A stretch of 64,000 nucleotides of DNA. Source: Acetatifactor sp. GTDB lineage: Bacteria > Bacillota > Clostridia > Lachnospirales > Lachnospiraceae. The stretch is taken from assembly GCA_045597105.1 (NCBI GenBank), contig JAZODQ010000127.1:19-64018 (forward strand), given 5' to 3'. The notes beneath the pieces are model-generated. The model searched no databases, was not told the DNA's origin, and saw only the letters and a list, made by a program, of their open reading frames with translations. A program made the position numbers and the translations under genes. The first letter of the stretch is position 1. Each line of letters starts with the position of its first letter. Positions 51,571 through 61,443 of the stretch are shown piece after piece.

Positions 51571-53328
51571 TTATATTGCAAACTGGCTATTATACAGGTT
51601 GGCATAGAACCCGCCTGCTGCCAGCAAGGTTTCATGGTTACCCTGTTCAATAATATTACCATCCTTCATTACTAAGATGATATCTGCCTCTCTGATGGTA
51701 GAAAGTCTGTGGGCTACAATGAAGCTGGTACGCCCTTCCATCATAGCATTAAAAGCCTGCTGTATCCTGATTTCCGTTCTGGTATCGATAGAGGATGTGG
51801 CCTCATCCAGTATCAGCATAGGAGGCAGGCACAGCATCACACGGGCAATACATAGGAGCTGTTTCTGACCTTGGGATAAGCTGCCGCCGGACTCACCGAT
51901 GACAGTATCATAGCCCTTGGGCAGACGCTTGATGAAACTGTGTGCATGGGCTGCCTTTGCCGCTGCAATCACTTCCTCCATGGTAGCATCCGGCTTGCCC
52001 ATGGCGATATTATCACGGATGGTTCCTGCACGCATCCATGTCTCCTGAAGCACCATACCATAGGAAGTACGCAGGGAACCTCTGGTTATATTTCTGATAT
52101 CTGTACCATCTACTGCAATAGAACCTTCGTTTACATCGTAAAAGCGCATAAGCAAATTGATTACCGTAGTCTTACCACAACCGGTAGGTCCTACGATAGC
52201 CACTCTCTGGCCCGGTTCTACCTTCAGATTGAGGTTCTGAATCAGCTTCTTCTCGGGTACATAGGAGAAGGATACCTTTTCAATGTCCACATGTCCTTTG
52301 GCCTCTTCCAGCTCTACCGCATCCTCTGCATCGGGAATCTGGGGTTGCTCTTCGATTAACTCAAAAATTCTGCCTGCACATACCAAAGCATTCTGCAGTT
52401 CCGTTACCACACCGGATATCTCATTAAAGGGCTTGGTGTACTGGTTGGCATAGCTTAAAAAGCAGGATAAACGTCCCACACTGATACCGCCCTTAATAGC
52501 CAGGAAAGCACCAAAAATGCCTACACCCGCATATACCAGGCTGTTTACGAATCTGGTACAGGGATTGGTCAGGGAAGAAAAGAAAATTGCCTTCAGCGAA
52601 CACTTTTCCAATCTGCCGTTAATCTCAGCAAACTGCTCCTTCACTTTATCTTCCATGGCAAAGGACTTTACCACCTTTTGGTTCCCTACCATTTCTTCTA
52701 TCAATGCAGTCTGTTCGCCACGGGTCACTGTCTGCTCCCTGAACATGGCAAAGGTCCGGCTGGCAATAAATTTTGCCACCAGAAAGGAAACAGGTGTAAT
52801 GCACACTACCACCAGTGCAATAGGTACATTGGTAGCCAACATAAACAGTAAGGTACCACCAATGGTCAGCACTCCTGTAAAAAGCTGGGTAAAGCCCATG
52901 AGCAAACCATCTGCAAAGGTGTCCACATCTGCAATAACGCGGCTTACGATATCACCATAGGACTTGGTGTCCAGATACTTAAGAGGCAGTATCTCCAGCT
53001 TATGAAAGGCCTCTGTACGAATGTCCTTTATCACATGGTAGGTGATGTAATTGTTACAGGTATTTAAAAGCCACTGAGACAAGGCTGTTACCAGCATAAT
53101 AATGCCTATTGCCATCAATATGCGTAGTATTCCCTGCATATCCACCCGGCCCTTATCCAGTATCAAATCCACCGCATCACCTGTCAGAATAGGAACATAT
53201 AGAGTAGTCACAACGGTAACTGCTGCCAAAAGAATGGATGCAATCACAGCCAAACGATATTTTTTGATATATTTTAAAACCTTCAGTAAGGTTTCTTTTT
53301 GTCCTGTTTTATTCATACTTATCTCCAT
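51571..53328 (-). CDS. Heterodimeric ABC exporter, consensus subunit
   Basis: TMD plus GPTGCGKTT, LSQGQKQ, LDEATSS. Confidence 0.92.
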   Translation of the reverse strand: MEISMNKTGQKETLLKVLKYIKKYRLAVIASILLAAVTVVTTLYVPILTGDAVDLILDKGRVDMQGILRILMAIGIIMLVTALSQWLLNTCNNYITYHVIKDIRTEAFHKLEILPLKYLDTKSYGDIVSRVIADVDTFADGLLMGFTQLFTGVLTIGGTLLFMLATNVPIALVVVCITPVSFLVAKFIASRTFAMFREQTVTRGEQTALIEEMVGNQKVVKSFAMEDKVKEQFAEINGRLEKCSLKAIFFSSLTNPCTRFVNSLVYAGVGIFGAFLAIKGGISVGRLSCFLSYANQYTKPFNEISGVVTELQNALVCAGRIFELIEEQPQIPDAEDAVELEEAKGHVDIEKVSFSYVPEKKLIQNLNLKVEPGQRVAIVGPTGCGKTTVINLLMRFYDVNEGSIAVDGTDIRNITRGSLRTSYGMVLQETWMRAGTIRDNIAMGKPDATMEEVIAAAKAAHAHSFIKRLPKGYDTVIGESGGSLSQGQKQLLCIARVMLCLPPMLILDEATSSIDTRTEIRIQQAFNAMMEGRTSFIVAHRLSTIREADIILVMKDGNIIEQGNHETLLAAGGFYANLYNSQFAI

Positions 53329-53367
53329 TCTTACACCCTCTAAGAAACTTGGGGCATAAGTATATAT

Positions 53368-55131
53368 TTATGGTCTCTGGTCAGGATACTGGGAATAATA
53401 AATTTCCTGATACACTTCACATCCGGCTAACAATTCGTCGTGAGTACCCACTGCTGCCATTTCTCCGTCATCCAGCACCACGATACGGTCTGCATGTCGG
53501 ATGGAGGATGCTCGCTGAGATACGATAAAGGTGGTCAGTTCTCTGCCCAGTCCCCGAATGGACTGACGGAGCTTTGCATCTGTTGCGTAGTCAAGGGCAG
53601 AAGCACTGTCATCCAGTATCAGTATCTCAGGATTACGCACTAAAGCACGGGCAATAGTAAGTCTCTGTCTCTGGCCGCCGGAGAAGTTTTTGCCGTTTTG
53701 CTCCACCACTGCATCCAGCTGACCATCCTTCCCCTGTACCACTTCCGCAGCCTGAGCTCTTTCTAAGGCCTGCCACATCTCCTCTTCGGTAGCATCTTCC
53801 TTACCCCACTGCAGATTACTGCGGATGGTTCCCTTGAAAAGCACTGCTTTCTGAGGCACAATGCCGATACGTTCCCGAAGCTCCTGCTCCGGAATATTCA
53901 CTATATTTTCACCCTCCAGATAAATACCGCCTTCTGTCACAGGATAGAACTTAGGTATCAGATTAATCAGAGAGCTCTTACCACTACCTGTACCACCGAT
54001 GATACCGATGGTATCACCTTTATTTACAATAAAATCAATCTTCTCTAGGGACTTGTCACCTGCCCCCTCGTATGTCAATGACACATTATGGAACAGCATA
54101 TAGGGCTGCTTTGCAGTATCGGCGATTGTCGCCTTTGCCTTAACTGTTTCCTGCCCGGAAAACAGTTCCTCTGCAGGAACTACTCCCCCATTTCGTATCT
54201 CCAGCACTGCTGCCACACGGTCTGCACTGGCAAGTGCCTTAGTCACGGTAATAATCAGATTGGCCAGCTTAATCAGCTCCACCAGAATCTGAGACATATA
54301 GTTAATAATGGCGATAACCTCACCCTGGGTCAGATTCCCCACATTTACCTGTACTGCACCTGTATAAATCAATGCAATCAATGCTGCATTCACCACCACA
54401 TAGGTCACCGGATTCATACAGGCACTGATTTTACCTACATGCATCTGCAAATCAGCTAATGCCTCATTTTCCTCCGCAAAGCGTTCTTCTTCCTCTGATT
54501 CCTGATGAAATGCACGAATCACACGAACACCGGTCAGATTCTCACGGGTGATACCCAGCACCTTTTCCAGCTTGGTCTGCACCTTCTTGTACAAAGGAAG
54601 TGATACCAGTAAAATGCCGAATACAATCACCGCAAGCACAGGAATCGCTACCACAAATATCAGCGCACTTTTTACATCAATGGTAAATGCCATAATCATG
54701 GCGCCGAATACGATAATCGGGGAACGCAGGAACAGACGCAGTACCATATTTACACCAGACTGTACCTGATTGATATCACTGGTCATACGGGTAATGAGCA
54801 CCTCAGTACCAGCCTTATCGATATTGGTAAAGTTCAGCCCCTGAATATGATCAAATAATGCCTGACGAAGCTTGGTGGCAAACCCAACTGCCGCCTTTGC
54901 AGCAAAAAATTGGGCTGTCACGGCAGATATCAGTCCTACAATACCAAGCGCCAGCAAAACAGCACCCATTTTCCAGATAAAGGGCGTGTCCGGTCCGGAG
55001 ATACCCCTGTCAATAATTGCAGCCATTACCAGCGGCACCATCAACTCGAAGAATGCCTCCAGCAACTTAAATAAAGGTGCCAGCACCGTCTCCTTTTTAT
55101 ATTCCTTTAGAAAAACCAATAATTTTTTCAT
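53368..55131 (-). CDS. Heterodimeric ABC exporter, degenerate subunit
   Basis: TMD plus GGTGSGKS, FSGGQRQR, LDDSASALD (non-canonical Walker B). Confidence 0.92.
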   Translation of the reverse strand: MKKLLVFLKEYKKETVLAPLFKLLEAFFELMVPLVMAAIIDRGISGPDTPFIWKMGAVLLALGIVGLISAVTAQFFAAKAAVGFATKLRQALFDHIQGLNFTNIDKAGTEVLITRMTSDINQVQSGVNMVLRLFLRSPIIVFGAMIMAFTIDVKSALIFVVAIPVLAVIVFGILLVSLPLYKKVQTKLEKVLGITRENLTGVRVIRAFHQESEEEERFAEENEALADLQMHVGKISACMNPVTYVVVNAALIALIYTGAVQVNVGNLTQGEVIAIINYMSQILVELIKLANLIITVTKALASADRVAAVLEIRNGGVVPAEELFSGQETVKAKATIADTAKQPYMLFHNVSLTYEGAGDKSLEKIDFIVNKGDTIGIIGGTGSGKSSLINLIPKFYPVTEGGIYLEGENIVNIPEQELRERIGIVPQKAVLFKGTIRSNLQWGKEDATEEEMWQALERAQAAEVVQGKDGQLDAVVEQNGKNFSGGQRQRLTIARALVRNPEILILDDSASALDYATDAKLRQSIRGLGRELTTFIVSQRASSIRHADRIVVLDDGEMAAVGTHDELLAGCEVYQEIYYSQYPDQRP

Positions 55132-55171
55132 AAATGATTCACTGCTTTCTTTTTATTTTCACTCAGTCAGA

Positions 55172-55579
55172 TTATTTCCCTACTAATTCGGTCAAAGTCT
55201 CATAAAATGCGGGATTCATTTTTTTCAGGTTGATAATCCTGCCCTCTTCATTCAGGAAACAATGCTCTGAATGCCCCTCACAAACCACTACATCTCCGCG
55301 TTTCATTTCGTAACCTAACTTCAGCTTCACACCCTTAAATTCTTCCACATGTACGGAAATCATAATGATATCCTCAAACATGGTGCTCACTTTATATTTA
55401 CAATCCACTGCCGTTACAGGAGAAATTACACCGCTTTCCTCCAGTTTTCTATAATTCCATCCAATCTGACTCAAAAAATCAGTTCTTGCCTCTTCCATCC
55501 ATCTGACGTAATTGGAATGATGCACGATACCCATCTTGTCTGTTTCGTAATACTGCACCTTATGCTGATATATTGTCAT
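55172..55579 (-). CDS. YbgC/FadM-family acyl-CoA thioesterase
   Basis: YYETDKMGIVHHSNYVRWMEEAR. Confidence 0.92.
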   Translation of the reverse strand: MTIYQHKVQYYETDKMGIVHHSNYVRWMEEARTDFLSQIGWNYRKLEESGVISPVTAVDCKYKVSTMFEDIIMISVHVEEFKGVKLKLGYEMKRGDVVVCEGHSEHCFLNEEGRIINLKKMNPAFYETLTELVGK

Positions 55580-55605
55580 CTGCTACTTCCTCCAAAACCA
55601 ATTCC

Positions 55606-56361
55606 CTAATTATCTATTTTACTGTACTGACATACGGAAATACAATACCCGGGAAGCAAAAAATCGCTCACTACACAAATATCCCGTGCATACGGTTTAG
55701 ATGCCGCCAGTTCATCCAGAATTCCCTCTCCGGTCAGCTTCCCCCGTGCTTCTTTTTCAGTCCATTTCCGGTAAAAATAGTCCTGTGCCTGTTCTGCATC
55801 AGCTGCTAATTTATTCCATTCTTCCAGTTCTGCCCCATGCAACACTCTTTTTGCCAGACTTTCTTTCACGCCGGCCTTGCACTCCTGAATGTCTGCACCA
55901 ATTTCTTCATCTGCCACTGCACACAGTACATAATCACCGGAATGGGACAAGCTAAAGTGAAGATTACTATTTTCAAAATAAGGTTTCCCTTTAGGTCCAT
56001 GTGCAATCGGCAACTCCTCCACAGGATAACCTCTTAACCTGTCCAATATCTCTCCTATTGTGACAGTGACCGGATGCACAGAAGCCTCACTTGATTGTGT
56101 TCTCGGCGCTCCTTCTGCCTCCATATGCCGGATATACTGCAAAAGAAGTCCTGCTCCCAGGCTATGGGCCTGTCCTTTCAGTGTCCTGTTTCGCAGCACC
56201 TTCTCTGCCCGCTCCCTGCAAAGGAGCCCAAGTGCCTGCTTGACAGAATCCTCCGCAAGGAACAGACCGACATCTTCTTCATTCCCGGCATTCACATTAT
56301 TCACTTTCTCTTCTGCCTGCAGCCACTGCGCAATATTTAACAAATACACTATGTATGCCAT
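55606..56361 (-). CDS. Sfp-type 4'-phosphopantetheinyl transferase
   Basis: GKPY, FSLSHSG, IGADIQ, WTEKEARGKLTGEG. Confidence 0.88.
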   Translation of the reverse strand: MAYIVYLLNIAQWLQAEEKVNNVNAGNEEDVGLFLAEDSVKQALGLLCRERAEKVLRNRTLKGQAHSLGAGLLLQYIRHMEAEGAPRTQSSEASVHPVTVTIGEILDRLRGYPVEELPIAHGPKGKPYFENSNLHFSLSHSGDYVLCAVADEEIGADIQECKAGVKESLAKRVLHGAELEEWNKLAADAEQAQDYFYRKWTEKEARGKLTGEGILDELAASKPYARDICVVSDFLLPGYCISVCQYSKIDN

Positions 56362-56428
56362 GCACTCTATCCTCAAACAAATTATCAATACACTATATCA
56401 ATTGTGTTTAGTCCATACCTATTCAGTA

Positions 56429-56596
56429 GGCAACTTCCTGTTTATGTCCTACAAAGGACCCTTGAAAAACGTTGGTGCTTGACGAGGTCTGCGTGTAGAG
56501 AAGCCTTTGCTTCTCTGCACAGCACGAGTCTAGCATCCACTACGCTTTTTCACGGAGTGAGAACGTGTCCGTGGAGAACATAAATAGGAAGTTGCC
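56429..56596 (+). ncRNA. Long rod-like structured element (6S-like RNA or palindromic repeat)
   Basis: 19-bp closing stem GGCAACTTCCTGTTTATGT/ACATAAATAGGAAGTTGCC, central bubble, inner stems, apical GTGTAGAGAAGC/GCTTCTCTGCAC; G-U pairs favour + strand. Confidence 0.4.
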
Positions 56597-56633
56597 GGAA
56601 CTATAAACACTCCTGTTTAGCGTATTTGAATGT

Positions 56634-56669
56634 AAAAAGCTGTCATGGCAGCCCTGCCACCATAACAGC
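56634..56669 (-). terminator. Intrinsic terminator of hisS-aspS
   Basis: GCTGTTATGGTGGC-AGG-GCTGCCATGACAGC followed by TTTTT. Confidence 0.75.
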
Positions 56670-56679
56670 CTCCTGATTT

Positions 56680-58482
56680 TTATTCTTCTGCCATCTCTTC
56701 CATAGGTGTCAGCTCCAGATATAATTCCTGCAGCTGCGCATCCGCTACTGTACCGGGCGCCTCTGTCATCAGACAGGAAGCATCCTTTACCTTAGGGAAT
56801 GCAATAACTTCACGGATATTATCTGCCTTTACAAGTAACATAACGAAACGGTCCAGACCGATTGCCAATCCTGCATGAGGAGGTACACCGTACTTAAATG
56901 CATTTAACAGGAAACCGAACTGCTCGTATGCCTGCTCCTTGGTAAATCCAAGTACTTCAAACATCTTTTCCTGTACATCATTCTGGAAAATACGCACACT
57001 ACCGCCGCCCAGCTCTACACCGTTGAGTACGATATCGTAAGCCTTTGCACGTACTCTGCCGGGGTCGCCGTCCAGATACTGTAAATCCTCATCCATAGGC
57101 ATGGTGAAAGGATGGTGCATCGCTACGAAACGATTGTCATCCTCGCTCCACTCAAGCAAGGGGAACTCCGTTACCCACAGGAAATTAAACTTGCTATTGT
57201 CAATCATATCCAGCTGCTTAGCCACTTCGATACGAAGTGCGCCCAGGGAAGCCCAAACCACGCTGTTTTTATCTGCTGCAAAGAACATTAAGTCTCCTGC
57301 CTCAGCACCCATTGCCTCAGATAAAGCCTTTAATTCTTCTTCTGTCATAAACTTCGCAAAGGAAGACTTATAGCTGCCGTCCGGCTGAATGGAAAGATAT
57401 GCCAGACCCTTTGCACCGTAATCCTTTACAAAAGCAGTCAACGCGTCAATCTTTTTACGAGGCATTTCTGCCTGTCCCTTTACGGTAATACCTCTTACGG
57501 AACCACCGTTTTCAATGGCACCGGTAAATACACCGAAGCCGCACCCCTTCACTACTTCAGAAACATCGGTAAGCTCCATACCGAAACGGGTATCGGGCTT
57601 GTCAGAACCGAAACGGTCCATTGCATCCTGCCAGGTCATACGCTGAATAGGCAACTGTACCTCCAGACCGATTGCTTCCTTACAAACTCTCTGTACCATT
57701 CTTTCGGTAGCATCGATTACATCATCCACATCTACAAAAGACATTTCCATGTCAATCTGTGTAAATTCCGGCTGTCTGTCTGCACGAAGGTCCTCATCAC
57801 GGAAACACTTTGCCAGCTGGAAATAACGGTCATAGCCGGAGCACATCAGCAGCTGCTTGAAAATCTGGGGAGACTGGGGCAGTGCATAAAAATGTCCGGG
57901 ATGCACACGGCTGGGAACCAGGTAGTCTCTGGCACCTTCCGGTGTGGACTTGCAAAGCATGGGAGTCTCTATCTCAAGGAATCCTTCCTCTGCCAGAAAT
58001 GCTCTGGTAGTAGTTGCAATCTTACTTCTCAAAATCAAATTATTCTGAATATCCGGTCTGCGAAGGTCCAGATAACGATATTTCAGACGCAGTTCTTCCT
58101 TAGTCTTGGAGTCTGCTTCAATAGGGAACGGCGGTGTATCGGACTCAGACAACACGCGAAGCTGTGTAGCACGGATTTCAATCTCTCCGGTAGCCAGATT
58201 TTCGTTTACTGCGCCCTCTCTCTTACAAACCTTACCTACTACAGCGATTACAAACTCACTGCGCAAATGATATGCCTTATCAAAATTCTCTGCGCCGCAA
58301 TCACTTTCTTCAAAAATAACCTGTAACAGACCTGCTCTGTCACGCATATCCACAAAAATAATACCGCCCTTGTTACGCTGTTTCTGCACCCAGCCCATTA
58401 CGGTTACTTCTTCGCCGATATTAGCTGCAGATAACTCGCCGCAGCGATGTGTTCTTTTTAAGCCTTTCATTGACTCTGCCAT
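56680..58482 (-). CDS. aspS: Aspartate--tRNA ligase
   Basis: RTHRCGEL, RLKYRYLDLRR, TPEGARDY, FRDEDLRADRQPEF, PPHAGLAIGLDR. Confidence 0.98.
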   Translation of the reverse strand: MAESMKGLKRTHRCGELSAANIGEEVTVMGWVQKQRNKGGIIFVDMRDRAGLLQVIFEESDCGAENFDKAYHLRSEFVIAVVGKVCKREGAVNENLATGEIEIRATQLRVLSESDTPPFPIEADSKTKEELRLKYRYLDLRRPDIQNNLILRSKIATTTRAFLAEEGFLEIETPMLCKSTPEGARDYLVPSRVHPGHFYALPQSPQIFKQLLMCSGYDRYFQLAKCFRDEDLRADRQPEFTQIDMEMSFVDVDDVIDATERMVQRVCKEAIGLEVQLPIQRMTWQDAMDRFGSDKPDTRFGMELTDVSEVVKGCGFGVFTGAIENGGSVRGITVKGQAEMPRKKIDALTAFVKDYGAKGLAYLSIQPDGSYKSSFAKFMTEEELKALSEAMGAEAGDLMFFAADKNSVVWASLGALRIEVAKQLDMIDNSKFNFLWVTEFPLLEWSEDDNRFVAMHHPFTMPMDEDLQYLDGDPGRVRAKAYDIVLNGVELGGGSVRIFQNDVQEKMFEVLGFTKEQAYEQFGFLLNAFKYGVPPHAGLAIGLDRFVMLLVKADNIREVIAFPKVKDASCLMTEAPGTVADAQLQELYLELTPMEEMAEE

Positions 58483-58579
58483 GAATCCTAACCTCGTCTT
58501 TCTCTCTGCTTGTGGACTCCTCATAAACAGCTTTCCTAAAGGAACTTCCACAAATCTATATTCTTCATTTATTACACCC

Positions 58580-59842
58580 TTAATTCTTTAAAGGATCCTT
58601 ATAAAACTCCACGAATTCTTCATAGCCTTCGCTTGTCAGCTGTTCTTTCTGGAATTTCTTATTCTTATTCATACGCGCTACCAGTACCTGAGTACCGTCC
58701 TGTCGCGCAGCCTGTGCCTGTGCAATCACGTCACAAAGTGCCTGTCCGCCTACGCCCTTTTCAATCAAATATGCTACCTTCTTAGGACTGGTAGGTACCT
58801 TAAAGCCACTTTCCAGCAAAAGCAGTACAATACGTTCAAAACCAATGGAAAATCCGCAAGCCGGAACATCCTTGCCGGTAAACTTGCCCACCATCTTGTC
58901 ATAACGACCGCCACCACCGCAGCTGCCGCCGAATTCCGGAATTGCAATTTCAAAAATAGTACCGGTATAGTAGGACATACCTCTTACCAGTGTAGCATCA
59001 AACACCATATCAAACTGTGCTGCCTTGGTAGCACTTACACTGTCAATAATCTCCTGTAAGCCCTCTGCCACCTCAGCATCCAGATATCCTGCCAAAGTTT
59101 CTGCCAGATAAGCCACACCGTTCTCAGTGCTCTCCAGCCCCTTGAACAGCTCCAGATATTTATCCACGCTCTCCTTAGCAAAACCATTTGCAAGAAGCTC
59201 TTCTTCCACACCGGAAAGTCCAATCTTATCCATCTTATCCAGGGTAATAAATACACTGTCATAGGACTCTTCGGAAAAACCACTGTATGCAGCCATTGCT
59301 TTCAGAATCTGACGATCGTTGATACGAATCTGGAAATTCTTGAAGCCCAACTTACCCAGTGTGGTAGTGGTAGCCAGAATCAGTTCGATCTCTGCCAGAT
59401 TGGAAGGCTCGCCCAGGATATCAATATCACACTGCATGAACTGGCGATAACGACCTCTCTGAGGGCGGTCCGCTCTCCATACATTACCCATCTGTAAGGA
59501 TTTAAAGGGTGCCGGCAATACTGCCGCATTATTGGAGTAGTAACGTACCAGAGGCACAGTCAGATCATAACGAAGTCCACCGTCCACTACTTCCTCTTCC
59601 GTGGTTGCAGCTTCCACATTCAGCTTCTCACCACGTTTTAAAATCTTAAAAATCAACTTCTCATTGTCGCCGCCCTGCTTATTGGTCAGGTTCGCAATAT
59701 TCTCCACACAGGGAGTTTCTATGGAAGTGAAACCAAACTTACCGTAGGTCTCTTTGATAACGCCGATTACATAATCACGAATCTGCATCTCTTCCGGTAA
59801 AATATCTTTCATGCCTGTAACAGGCTTCTTACTCAGTGCCAT
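58580..59842 (-). CDS. hisS: Histidine--tRNA ligase
   Basis: GMKDILP, LRYDLTVP, RADRPQRGRYRQFMQCD, RGMSYYTG, GGGRYD. Confidence 0.97.
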   Translation of the reverse strand: MALSKKPVTGMKDILPEEMQIRDYVIGVIKETYGKFGFTSIETPCVENIANLTNKQGGDNEKLIFKILKRGEKLNVEAATTEEEVVDGGLRYDLTVPLVRYYSNNAAVLPAPFKSLQMGNVWRADRPQRGRYRQFMQCDIDILGEPSNLAEIELILATTTTLGKLGFKNFQIRINDRQILKAMAAYSGFSEESYDSVFITLDKMDKIGLSGVEEELLANGFAKESVDKYLELFKGLESTENGVAYLAETLAGYLDAEVAEGLQEIIDSVSATKAAQFDMVFDATLVRGMSYYTGTIFEIAIPEFGGSCGGGGRYDKMVGKFTGKDVPACGFSIGFERIVLLLLESGFKVPTSPKKVAYLIEKGVGGQALCDVIAQAQAARQDGTQVLVARMNKNKKFQKEQLTSEGYEEFVEFYKDPLKN

Positions 59843-59923
59843 AATCTCCTCACTTTCTGTCCACATGGGACAGTGATTCTGTTTTCTTTACACACATGTA
59901 TTCTTTCTACACATCATCCTTAA

Positions 59924-59952
59924 ATAATATATTTTTTCTCTGCAACTGTCAA
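59924..59952 (-). promoter_or_regulatory. SigA promoter of hisS-aspS
   Basis: TTGACA-N17-TATTAT. Confidence 0.75.
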
Positions 59953-59969
59953 TATATCAGATGGAATTT

Positions 59970-60004
59970 AAAGAGGGCGCGGTATCCTTTCCGGACACCA
60001 CGCC
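59970..60004 (-). terminator. Probable terminator of the BspA-like gene
   Basis: GGCGTGGTGTCC-loop-GGATACCGCGCC followed by CTCTTT. Confidence 0.55.
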
Positions 60005-60027
60005 ACTTGTTCTATCATACGCCTACT

Positions 60028-61443
60028 TTAGTTAATTGATATAAAAAACTGGATGTTCAGTGTCGCCGGACTACTGGTTATCTTTTTACCGTTTCCGTCT
60101 GTGATGACACAACGGTACTGATAACCGTTTCTGCTCTTTATTCCCTGTACCGCAATACAGTTCGTTCCTGCGCCTTCTATGTCTGCATCTTTCCATTCAT
60201 TGTCTATGGGAGACTTAACCTGCCATTGGTAGCTTAAATTGATTCCCTTAGCTTCTACCGTAAATACCGCCGGAAATCCTTCCAATACTGTCCGGCTCAT
60301 CGGTTGACTAATAATCACCAGCTTAGGAACTACTGTCAAGGTTGCTGCATTACTGGTCACTTTTTTGCCGGTTCCGTCTGTGATAACGCAGCGGTACTGA
60401 TAGCCGTTTCTGGCTGTGGTTCCTTGCACAGTAATACTGCTTGTCTTAGCTCCCGTCATACCGGAGTTGGTCCATGCACCTGTAGCTGATTTGCTAAACT
60501 GCCACTGATAGCTTAACTTGTTTCCTGTTGCGGTTACTTTGAATACTGCACTATCTCCTTCTGTCACGCTCTGATTTGCAGGCTGGCCTGTGATTGCTAA
60601 TTTAGGGGTTACGGTCAGGGTCGCTCCATTACTGGTCACCTTACTACCGCTGATCTCTGTAATCACGCAGCGGTACTGATAACCGTTTCTGGCATTGGTT
60701 CCCTGTACTGTGATGCTGTTTGTTTTCGCTCCTGTCATGCCGGAGTTGGTCCATTCACCTGTAGCTGATTTTCTAAACTGCCACTGATAGCTTAGTTTGC
60801 TTCCTGTTGCAGTTACTTTGAATACTGCACTATCTCCCTCTGTCACACTCTGGCTTTTAGGCTGGCTTGTGATTGCCAACTTGGAAATTACCGTCAGGGT
60901 CGCTCCATTACTGATCACCTGCTTACCGGTTCCGTCTGTAACGATGCAGCGGTACTGATAACCGTTTCTGGCACTGGTTCCCTGTACCGTAATGCTACCG
61001 GTCTTAGCTCCCGTCATGCCGGAGTTCTTCCATGTACCTGAAGCTGAGGTTCTGAACTGCCACTGGTAGCTTATCTTGCTACCTGTTGCGGTTACTTTGA
61101 ATACTGCACTATCTCCTTCAGTCACACTCTGGCTTTTAGGCTGACCTGTGATGACTAACTTTGGTATTACCGTCAGGGCCACTCCGTTACTGGTCACCTT
61201 GTTGACACCTCTGTCTGTAATCACGCAGCGGTACTGATAACCGTTTCTGGCTGTAGTTCCCTGTACCGTAATGCTATTAGTATTAGCTCCCGTCATACCG
61301 GAATTGGTCCATGCACCTGCTGATGAGGTTCTAACCTGCCACTGGTAGCTTAACCCGCTTCCTGTTGCCTGTACCGAAAAGACTGCATTTTCTCCTACTG
61401 TTACCGTCTGACTGGTGGGTTGTTTTGCGATACTCACTTTCGG
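60028..61443 (-). repeat. Five tandem 279-bp Ig-like coding repeats
   Basis: GCGGTACTGATA recurs at 279-bp period. Confidence 0.9.
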
